From: a virus
IMG/VR virus record: IMGVR_UViG_3300033553_000842
Span: 9,142 to 73,141 of that record
Reading direction: 5' to 3' (one strand)
DNA: 64,000 bases
Below, piece by piece: positions 26,001-34,300 of the stretch; the first letter of the stretch is position 1; the number at the start of each line of letters is the position of its first letter. Below the pieces are notes generated by a model. That model did no database searches and had not been told where the DNA came from. It worked only from the letters and a program-made list of their open reading frames with translations. Position numbers and translations under genes: made by a program.

Positions 26001-28517
26001 ATCAGAGAGAAATCCGACCAGACTTCGAGTTTCCTACAGACCATTGAGCAGCTCAATGCTCAAGAACTAGCCCAGATAGAGCAGTCCAAGATTGCGGCCG
26101 ACGGGGGAAATGCTTCGGTCTTTACCCTGCGCGAGGGCGCGAAAGAAATTGCTACGGACGTCCGCGCAAAGCTGATGAGTGGGCTGGGGGGGATGAGCGC
26201 TCAAGAGCGCACCAAGACCGTGGCCCAGCGGTACGAAGCATTTGATAAGGAAATTGCTGAAGCCACCCGCAGTCTTGAAAGTCTGAAGTCCAACGGGACC
26301 ATTCAGTCCACCGAGACCTATGACCTGATCCGTCGAATGCTTCTGGAAGCCTCCGCCTCTGCCTCGAGCATGTTCCGAGGGATCAAAGAGGAATCTGATA
26401 AGGTCGTCGAGAAGCTCACCGATCTAAATCTGCAAGAAACCGAGGTCGAGCTTCAGAAACTGGCCGACGAGTTTGGTGAAGCCCAAGGGCTGCAGGCCAT
26501 TGGTGAAGCTATGGCGGCTCAGAAGATCCAGCTGGAAAAAGTCCGGGCCGCTGAGATCGCTTCGGTGCAAGCTCAGGGTCTGGACTCTGATGTTGAGGCC
26601 GCTACGCTGACCGCCACCAACCGGCAGTATGACGATCGCTCGGCGGGTATCGATGCCGCGGGACTTGAGAAGATCAATGCTATCCTCGACGCTCAGCGTC
26701 AGGTCACGCTTGAGGGTCAGAAGCAGGTCGAGCTTCAGAACCTGATTCTGGAAAAAGGTCAGAACAGCCTCGAGGTCGAGCAGTTCAAGCTTCAGCAGGA
26801 GAAGCTTTCCACCGCCGAAACGCTTCGTAAAGCTGGGGTGGAAGAGGGTTTCGTCCAAGCCAAGCTTGCAGCCATGCAAACCGAGTTCGATCTCGCCCAG
26901 CGGATCAAGGCACAGGAGGCCAACAAGGACCTGAGCCGGCAGATCGAACAGCGCAAGGAAGAGAACCGGATCGCAAAGGCAACTTTGATATTCGGTGAAG
27001 ACAGCCTGGTCGTGGTCAAAATGCGTGAGAAGGCTGAGCGGGACGCCTTGGACGTAACCCTTGAAGCATCTGACGCAAGTGAGGAGCTAAAGGAGCAGCT
27101 TCGCAATGCCCTGAAAGAGGCTCAGGCCATTGGTCGAGCAGATATGTCCAGTGGTATCAATAACGCAATCGGACGGGCCGGGGCTCTGATCCGGCAGCTG
27201 CGTATTGCCCGGAGTGTTTTGTCGACGATCGACAAGAGTAATGCACGGGAAAAAGATCGCCTTGCAGTTGAAAGAGCAACAGTCGGGGATGCTTCTGCCC
27301 GGGAGGTCGGCCTCGCTGGCTTGGAAACTCGATACAAACTTGAGGACGACGGGGTTACGGACGTCGTCGGCATAGCGGCGGGGGTGGGACTTGCCAAGGC
27401 TGACGAAGCCGTCCTGGCGGCAGATCGGCGTAAGCTTGAGGCGGAAGAAGAAGCCTATTCTGAATCTCAGAAGGACCCGAGCGGCGGCGGCGGCGGTGGC
27501 GGCAAGGGTAAGAAAGACAAGAACCCCGAGTATGACGCGCTGCAAACACAGCTTTCCAACCGGATCGGGGCCGCGACAATTTCCATCGACAACGGTGGAG
27601 ATCCTGCAGCGGCGTATCAGCAGATCGAGATGGCTCTCCAGAGGATCAATGTCGAGGTCGAAAAGCGTGAGCAGCTCATCACGTCGATCGCTGGGAAGCA
27701 GTCCCGTAGCGTTCAGGAAGAAGAGCGCCTCAAGCAACTGATCTCTGAGCACAACCAGCTGACGACCTTCGCCAAGACCGAAGAGGAAAAGATCCTCTGG
27801 CTCAAGGAACAGCAGGGGCAGGCCTCAGTCAATCTCAAGGAGATCGTTCGAGAGTGGTCGCGTGAAGCGCTCGTCGGGGTCGTTGCCCTTGAAGAGGGTA
27901 TGAAGAACGTCCTCGGCAATCTACTTACTGGTTTCGGAACACTGTTTACCGACCTGGTGAGTGGCGTGAAATCTGCCAAGGAGGCCTTTCGTGAGTTTGC
28001 GGTCTCCGTGGTTAAGAGCCTGTTGCAGGTCATCGCCAAGTTGATCGCGATCAAGATCCTGAAATCGATCCTCGGGGGTATCGCCGGTGGGGGCGGAAGG
28101 TTTGCGGGGTTCGCTCAGAGCGGTTTAGATTTCCTCTCCAATAAAGAAGGCGGGCGGGTTCAGCGGAAAGTCGGTGGGGGTCGTGTTGAGGGCAACCTGG
28201 CCCGGGACAGCGTTCCACATTCTCTGATGCCTGACGAATATGTTTTGCGGGCCTCGGCGGCACGGGCCATTGGTTACGACAAGCTGAACCAGATCAATGC
28301 CACCGGGAATACTTCCCGTATGAATGGTCTGTCAAATGTGAGCACCGATCCTCAAAACAAAGGGTCGGGTATGGGGGATGTAAATGTCTATGTCATCTCT
28401 CCGGATCAGAAACCGATCCCAGGACCACGCGACATTATTGCCGTGATGGATGACCACATCTCCAAAGGTGGTTCCACCAAGAAGCTGATTAAATCTGTAT
28501 CGATGGGAGAAATCTAA
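23049..28517 (+). CDS. Tape measure protein
   Basis: 1822 aa, helical; TP901-type core (T.FTA.EVA.A...LGQAG); lambda H-like C-terminus (DSVP..L...EYVL). Confidence 0.93.
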   Translation: MANKKEIIDVRLSAASKKDLMALSKELADAVNSVNKLAKGFQNLSQLKASASAKGAVENNFGLGAYSRGLNQSEKQRATNTARLGTETGRVADERERDLRATQKLMKTQEGLQRIEQARLLNAKAELKTVDRLVDRGELLKKQDLARVKAAEAQLRLNDLLAQRDVRNRAIRKAPAGSDERRALQAQAPAANAQIRGVQQEVQAAERLNTLAGSRLQTLQQETAQKAQQAKFDRESERMQSRSLTSQTSLARDRERRQQAQQLNLTKELEGARRINDLVTAKTQKLRAQDRLRLEEQNGNLTAVRQARVLNDLLDRRIRKLQEANRVAKEAAKPTKEQMAGNAREMSMKRLFGDNGASLFAIQAGLVANYALMNQLRTGFQQAIAFTVDLDSAMRNLQAIVRITDTDLASLKDSLIGISEETKFTAVEVANAAVTLGQAGFSTDEIKDSIRAVSLLATATGTELKNAVDIATSTLGVFNMESSQMADVANILTEAVNTSKLNIEKLTLGLQYSGNIAAQSGVSFKELTSALGAMANAGIRSGSTLGTGMRQILIALQKPSNEFSATLDRLGLTMDDVNLETKGLYGALKNLRDAGFSSGDAIQSFEVRAAAAYNALSGNLDQMLSLQNAFQRTSASIQANETQMKSLANQGKRLGSVLGSVAAAGLDPMLKGTIAITSALADAFSWVRQFENSLAFLTTGVAVAGLSGILVYFGRMIKNLSGMVLGTNALTAANLRATVSYKALSVAMMRSPFALVAGAITAIGAAFYFMGNRTTGAQDKLEKAQTTFDRSVGSAEKLQKGLVRVDDTLKDLTNRYDLLKDGGALLESVIIDIQKQFVDMGRDAGQVGNDVDALIKTMRDLRMELSKEYELRINTSLLNLDNLRNATRKSLSESIAGTASAASEMNPLSASERKSGVLRSNQGGFGSQILDDAKILQTSGSSLNEVGSANARLDAVRLKIEDRLDNDSSANKSLDRAWLDYIGAIREKSDQTSSFLQTIEQLNAQELAQIEQSKIAADGGNASVFTLREGAKEIATDVRAKLMSGLGGMSAQERTKTVAQRYEAFDKEIAEATRSLESLKSNGTIQSTETYDLIRRMLLEASASASSMFRGIKEESDKVVEKLTDLNLQETEVELQKLADEFGEAQGLQAIGEAMAAQKIQLEKVRAAEIASVQAQGLDSDVEAATLTATNRQYDDRSAGIDAAGLEKINAILDAQRQVTLEGQKQVELQNLILEKGQNSLEVEQFKLQQEKLSTAETLRKAGVEEGFVQAKLAAMQTEFDLAQRIKAQEANKDLSRQIEQRKEENRIAKATLIFGEDSLVVVKMREKAERDALDVTLEASDASEELKEQLRNALKEAQAIGRADMSSGINNAIGRAGALIRQLRIARSVLSTIDKSNAREKDRLAVERATVGDASAREVGLAGLETRYKLEDDGVTDVVGIAAGVGLAKADEAVLAADRRKLEAEEEAYSESQKDPSGGGGGGGKGKKDKNPEYDALQTQLSNRIGAATISIDNGGDPAAAYQQIEMALQRINVEVEKREQLITSIAGKQSRSVQEEERLKQLISEHNQLTTFAKTEEEKILWLKEQQGQASVNLKEIVREWSREALVGVVALEEGMKNVLGNLLTGFGTLFTDLVSGVKSAKEAFREFAVSVVKSLLQVIAKLIAIKILKSILGGIAGGGGRFAGFAQSGLDFLSNKEGGRVQRKVGGGRVEGNLARDSVPHSLMPDEYVLRASAARAIGYDKLNQINATGNTSRMNGLSNVSTDPQNKGSGMGDVNVYVISPDQKPIPGPRDIIAVMDDHISKGGSTKKLIKSVSMGEI

Positions 28518-28900
28518 TGGCCACTTTTCCCGCAGTCTACTTCAGCTACGCGACGAAGTACCCCGAGTCCGGTTTCCGGGTCGAGCTCTCTCGAAGCTAT
28601 ATGTACACAAGCCCAGCTGAGGCACCGGACCAGAGGACTTTCGCGCTCACTCTGTCAGGGATGAAATATTTCCTCGACGGCTCGGATCAGGCCGATCGGG
28701 TCAAGGAGACTGAGCGCAATATGTGGGTGCTAGAAGATTTTTATATCGAGCACCGACTGAGCAAGAGTTTTACCTTCAATCACCCATTGTATGGTGCTTT
28801 GATCTGCAAGTTCAACCGCCCTCTCGAGATCCCTGAAGGGATCGCTAACGGAGGCGGGGTACTCCCCTCATTCCCTGTAGAATTGATTGAGATCCCATGA
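28517..28900 (+). CDS. Distal tail protein (gpM-like)
   Basis: 127 aa after the tape measure; LEDFY.EH...KSFTFNHP. Confidence 0.7.
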   Translation: MATFPAVYFSYATKYPESGFRVELSRSYMYTSPAEAPDQRTFALTLSGMKYFLDGSDQADRVKETERNMWVLEDFYIEHRLSKSFTFNHPLYGALICKFNRPLEIPEGIANGGGVLPSFPVELIEIP

Positions 28901-29385
28901 GCAATAACATCCCTGATAGCATCCGTGATGATGCCTTTAATCTCGACGGTGCCGCCCAGTCTATCCTTTACCGGATCACCCTGGCCAATGCGGCGGTGCT
29001 GTATCTTTCTCCAAAGGGGGAGTTTACCTGGCAGGGCAATATCTATGAAGAGATCCCCTGTCACATGACGGGGTCCGATCGAAAAGCCGACAGTGAGGCT
29101 TCCAGACCTAGGTTCACAATTGTAAACCCAGGGGGTATGTTCACATCGGCCGTTCATGAACGGCATCTTGAGGGGGCGATCCTGACGCGCCACCGGTTGA
29201 TGACCTCTGACCTGATCGCGAATAACAACTCAGCCCTAAGCGACACCTACCGGATCTCAAGGGTCATGAACGTGACCAAAGACCTGATTGTTGTTGAGTG
29301 CCGCCGGGGGTTGGACGGGGCGAACTTCAAGCTGCCAAACCGCACGTTCCGTCCACCGGAGTTCACCGTTGTACGCACTCGATAA
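28897..29385 (+). CDS. Tail tip protein (gpL-like)
   Basis: TWQGNIYE..P, RP..TI.N and KLPNR motifs; synteny. Confidence 0.7.
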   Translation: MSNNIPDSIRDDAFNLDGAAQSILYRITLANAAVLYLSPKGEFTWQGNIYEEIPCHMTGSDRKADSEASRPRFTIVNPGGMFTSAVHERHLEGAILTRHRLMTSDLIANNNSALSDTYRISRVMNVTKDLIVVECRRGLDGANFKLPNRTFRPPEFTVVRTR

Positions 29386-29902
29386 ATATCTCGGCATCCG
29401 CTACGTGGACGGAAAGCAGGACTGCTTCAGCGTCTTGAGAGATGTCCTGCGAGACCGGTGGGATATCCTGCTGCCGAACTTTGCCCGACCCACAGAGTTC
29501 TGGGCCGACCCCAACCTGGATATGTACGCGATGTATGCCCGTTGGGGGTTTAAGCAGATCTTTGATGAGGCCTTCCAAGTGGGGGATGTCCTGCTAATGC
29601 CCCTTGGTACGTCGAGGAACACCCACGCGGCGATGGTCGTCGAACAAAACCAGGTATTGCATCACCCCCCCGGACAGCTGAGCCGTCTGGACCCCCTGAT
29701 GCCAAGGTGGGGTAGACGGGCAAACATTGTCCTGCGCCATCCCAAGGTTACTGAACAGAAGGAGGTGTCGACCCTCCATCTCCACGAGGTTGTTGATGCT
29801 GAAATTTTCCGAAATCCAAGAGTTAAAGACGTCATTGATCGGGCTATGGAAGCCGAGCGTCGAGAGATGCGGGATCATAACAGCCGATCGAGAGATCATT
29901 GA
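29369..29902 (+). CDS. NlpC/P60 domain tail tip assembly protein (gpK C-half-like)
   Basis: TTG start with GGAG RBS; DCF catalytic Cys, GDVLL, HAAM, VLHH. Confidence 0.8.
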   Translation: MYALDKYLGIRYVDGKQDCFSVLRDVLRDRWDILLPNFARPTEFWADPNLDMYAMYARWGFKQIFDEAFQVGDVLLMPLGTSRNTHAAMVVEQNQVLHHPPGQLSRLDPLMPRWGRRANIVLRHPKVTEQKEVSTLHLHEVVDAEIFRNPRVKDVIDRAMEAERREMRDHNSRSRDH

Positions 29903-30182
29903 AACCACCAACCTGGCCGAAGATCCAAGCAACGAGTTCGAGTTCGATCCGCAGGATCTAAAGAACGCTTGGGGGACATGGCACACGCATCCCGTGACCT
30001 CCTCGAACCTGTCGATACCAGACTACCATTTCTTCAAGTCGTGGGGAAATTTGGTTCACTTCATCATTTGTTTAGACGATGTAGCATGCTATACAACAAT
30101 TGAAGATTACTTGGTGGTTATCAATGAAGCGGACGATTTATCTCCACGGCTATTTGAAGGACTTACATCCAGAGCCGATTAA
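29796..30182 (+). CDS. JAB/MPN domain protein (gpK N-half-like)
   Basis: ERCGII, N.A..P...F and WHTHP...LS..D motifs. Confidence 0.8.
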   Translation: MLKFSEIQELKTSLIGLWKPSVERCGIITADREIIETTNLAEDPSNEFEFDPQDLKNAWGTWHTHPVTSSNLSIPDYHFFKSWGNLVHFIICLDDVACYTTIEDYLVVINEADDLSPRLFEGLTSRAD

Positions 30183-31371
30183 GGTTGAAGCAACGACGAT
30201 AGCCGAGGCTCTGCGTGTCCTCGAGCAGATTCCGGAACTCAAACCGGAGCACGGACCTGGGCACCCTGTCCGCATCGACGGAGTGCTGACCGACATTCAA
30301 CTGTTCGCTAACAACGACACGTTAGATGAAATCCACATCCGACCTCAGGTTGGGGGCGCGGGTGGCCGCGGAGGTTTGACCCAGATCCTGCTCGGGGTTG
30401 TTCTTATCGGGGTCTCCCTCGCCCTTGGCCCCGCGGGTACTGCTATAATGGGCACTTGGATCACCAATTCCACCTTGATGATGGCCGGCGCGGGTCTTGT
30501 CCTGGGTGGTCTGCTACAGATGATGCTGCCTAAACCGGAGGCACTTGGGGAGGAAGAGAAATCCCAGTATCTCCCCCCAACAACCAACACGGTAGCAGTG
30601 GGCACTCCAATTCCTATGGTCTTTGGAGCCCGACTGGTCGGGGGCCAAATCCTCTCTCTGGACAGCGATGCTAAGCTCGTCACTTCAGATACATCCGCGG
30701 GGACTCCGTCTGTCCCACAGCTCCCCCAAGGATCTACTGCGGAGGAGACCCGGGCGTATCACGCCAGATATGGACTGGGAGAGTTTGCCTCAGGGGCTTG
30801 GGGATATGAGACTTTCAAAATCGCTGCCAGCGCTCAAGATACACTCTTCAGGTTAGTAATCTCCAACGCTCTCAATATCTCGGCCAGGGGGTACACCCCC
30901 ACGGTGGAACCTTTTGAGTTGCTGACCCTTTTACGGGGGGCTCAAGGCCCTCGCGGGCTACCCATCAAGTATCAAACCAGGTTCACGGTCCCCACCTCTG
31001 GGGTATACGCGTTCAAGAACGATAGCACCTACCCGGTCAAGGTCCTCATCGACGGTGTAGAAGCCGCGACCCATAATCTGACCGCAGGGACTCTCGTGAG
31101 TATCGAGGTCGTGGTCCTTTTTGGGTATGAGTTACAGACCGACCAGATCTTCAATTTGCAGTACCGAATTGCCGCTGGGGCTTGGGCCCCCATCACCAAC
31201 CTGGTGGGGGCTGGGGATCCGTTCCCGCCCGGAGAAGTGAACGTCCGGGACAGTCTTTTTGTAGAATATGACAAGACCCCCCTGTCGGACGGACTTAGCC
31301 CTATCAGACCAGTGTTCGCCTCTCCGGTCGCCTCCCCCAGCAACGTCCCGACCAGTGAATGGAGACCATAA
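30124..31371 (+). CDS. Tail assembly protein gpI-like with C-terminal extension
   Basis: Ubiquitin-like N-terminus ending GGAGG; hydrophobic helices; G.PIP.VFG...VGG; extra beta domain. Confidence 0.8.
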   Translation: MKRTIYLHGYLKDLHPEPIKVEATTIAEALRVLEQIPELKPEHGPGHPVRIDGVLTDIQLFANNDTLDEIHIRPQVGGAGGRGGLTQILLGVVLIGVSLALGPAGTAIMGTWITNSTLMMAGAGLVLGGLLQMMLPKPEALGEEEKSQYLPPTTNTVAVGTPIPMVFGARLVGGQILSLDSDAKLVTSDTSAGTPSVPQLPQGSTAEETRAYHARYGLGEFASGAWGYETFKIAASAQDTLFRLVISNALNISARGYTPTVEPFELLTLLRGAQGPRGLPIKYQTRFTVPTSGVYAFKNDSTYPVKVLIDGVEAATHNLTAGTLVSIEVVVLFGYELQTDQIFNLQYRIAAGAWAPITNLVGAGDPFPPGEVNVRDSLFVEYDKTPLSDGLSPIRPVFASPVASPSNVPTSEWRP

Positions 31372-34300
31372 GTGAATAAGGTCTTGCCTAAAGGCGCAGG
31401 GGGGGGCCCAAAGCCCCCTACGGTTCACGCCGTCACATACGTCTCTGAGGATATTTTTGAGATCAACCTAGGCGTTTGCGTGGGTCCAATTGCTGGCCTC
31501 TACGCAGGACCTCGTGCGTTCTATCTTGGGGATACGCCCCTGACGTCCCCCACAGGGGAAAACAACTTCGATCCGTTCGAGCTTCACGTCCACAACGGGG
31601 CCGATGTTGCCACCCCGGTGCATAACGCACTTGGAGGAATCTCCTCAAGCGAAAGTGTCAGCGTCCAGCTGGGCTATCTGACCCCCGTGGTCCGTGAAAC
31701 TGATGCTGGCCTGCGTAACCAGATTGACGTCCTCGAGATTCGTCTGTTTATTTCCCAACTGGTCAACAACACCTCGAGTGGGGATATCCTGAAAACCGAC
31801 ATCTCGGTTGATCTAGAATATCGCGAGAAGGGGACAACCACCTGGCTCCCGTTCATCGGGGACAACAAAACCTGGACTTACAACGGACGGATCGGGGGGG
31901 CGGTCAAAGAGTTCCGCCGGGTGGTCCCACGTATTAACGCCGACTGGGAACTTCGGGTTACCAAAAGTCTCGACGACGACACCACAAATGGGGTCTACCG
32001 GGATGTTTCCTGGGAGAGTTTCCAGTCTGTCATCCAAGAAGACAAGGCCTACAACAATACGGTTATTGTTCGAGGTCTCTCTGCGGCCAGTGACCAGTTG
32101 AACTCGGTACCCAACATGGCGGGGGTTTGGCGCGGCTTGATTGTCCAAGTCCCCTCCAACTATGATCCTGTAACCCGCTACTACGACGGGGTCTGGGATG
32201 GGTCATTCAAACTGGCCTATACCGATAACCCCGTATGGTGTCTCTATTATCTCCTTATGGATCCGGTGAACGGAGCCAGAGCCTACTTCCCGGGCCTGCA
32301 AACGGATCGTTTCAGTTTTTATGAGGCAGCACAGTGGTGTGACGGATTGGTCCCCCGCGGAAACACAGGCACGTATCAACCTCGGTACACCTACAACGAT
32401 CTGATCTCTCAGGTACGTCAGGGCCGTCAGACGTTGCAATACCTTGCAGGTCTGTTCGGTGGGGTAATTGCCGAAGACCTGGCGGGGACAATTATCCTGA
32501 AGGTTGACAAGCCGTCGGCCGTCACTCAGATCTTTGGCCCGGAGAGTGTGAGCTCTGAAGGTTTTTCCTATAGCTACACTGACATTGAAGGCCGGCCTAA
32601 CCAGAGCAAGGTCCAGTTTACAAACCCAGATCTGCAATGGGACAATGACCAGCGGCTCGTTGAGATCCAAGAGTACATCGACCGCAACGGCCTGACTGTG
32701 GACGACTACACCGCTGTAGGGTGTATCGACGAATACGAAGCCCAGCGGAGGGCTTACCTACGTCTTCTTCAGGCCAACACCGAAACCACCATGGTCAGTT
32801 TCTCGACCGCACGTCAGGGACTGCTGCTCGAGCCTTATGATGTGATCGGCATTGCCGACCCGGCCCAGAACTGGGGTCTGTCTGGTCGTGTGAAATCAGT
32901 ATCCGGGACCACCATCACGCTGCGGGATGCTCTAACAGTCCCCGCCCAGGTGGGTCTGACCCTCCAGGTTCAAACACCAACAGGTATCGAAACCCTGACC
33001 GTTCAATCCGCGACGGCCACAACAACCTCTCTCGAGATCACTGTCGGGACCTGGCCTACGAACGCCCCCGATCGAGCTCAGTTCAGCCTTGAGGATAACG
33101 TCACCTCAACTGGTTTGGTGAAGCCCTTCCGGATTCTGTCGATCGAGCCTAACGAGGAAGAGTCCTCCCTTGCGAACATCTCAGCGATTGAGGTGAACCC
33201 AAACAAGCATTCCGACGCGGACAACCTGACCCTAACCCAGGTGGTGGACTACACGGGGGTCTCAGCAATCCCCCGGGCCCCTCAAAACATTCGGATCGTT
33301 TCTGGCACCTCTGAGTCACTGACACACCAAGATGGTACGATCGAGAACCGGATCCTCGTAACTTGGGATGCCCCCTCGACCTACAAAATCAGAGTGTACT
33401 ACCGCCGGGAGGAATCTGACGAGTTCCAGGTAATCACCGCGTCCCAGAACCAAGTTTACATCCCAATGGCCAAGGCTGGGGAGCCCTATCTCATTGAGTT
33501 CAGGGGTGAGAATGAGTTCGGGATTCCCTTCCAAAAACTCACCCCGATCCTTCATCAAGTCACGGGTAAACGGGTTGATCTTCAGACCCCCACGAACTGG
33601 GTGGGGATCCCCGGGGTTCGCAGTGTAACCCTCGATGGTCCTGACAGCACCCTAAGAGACTTTGCTTATTTCGAAGTCTGGGCGGGTGAAGCAGGGTCTG
33701 TATTTGAAAACGCCTCAAAGATTGGCCAGGTAGCAGCCAGCCTCTTTACATATACCCTACCCGCAGCTTCTCTGTTTGCGAGGTACTGGGTGTTGGAAGT
33801 CGATACCTCCGGCAACCCTTCAGCCCCGTCGAATGCCATAGATGTTTTACCTGAGCCGGTTAAATCTACCGAGATTGAAGCCGCTGTCACTGAGCAGATC
33901 GAGGCTACTAGAGCTAAAGCCGACGCAGTCAGAGCGGACCACGATGCGTTGATCCTCAATTTCACCAAGACCAATCTTGGCGAACTTGAGGTGGACTATA
34001 ACGCAACACAAGCTGCTGCCAATGACGCTCTTGTAGCAGCGACCGCTTCTGAAGCCGACAGGCTCCTGGCTGAAGCCGCAGCTAATGTCGCATCCGTATC
34101 CGAGACAAACGCAGCGGCTAGCTCTATTTCTGCAAGTGCCTCAGAAGCCTTTGCTCTTGCTGGAGCTGTCGACGCCACTGATGCAGCAAATGCAGCAAAT
34201 GCTTCTGAGACAAACGCAGCGGCTAGTGAGACAAACGCAGCGAACAGCTCTATTTCTGCAAATGCTTCAGAAGCATTTGCCCTTGCTGGCGCTGTAGATG

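Noticed and set aside
27481-27503. GGC microsatellite in the tape measure gene
   Set aside because: Encodes an ordinary poly-Gly linker; triplet changes would not phase-vary the frame.
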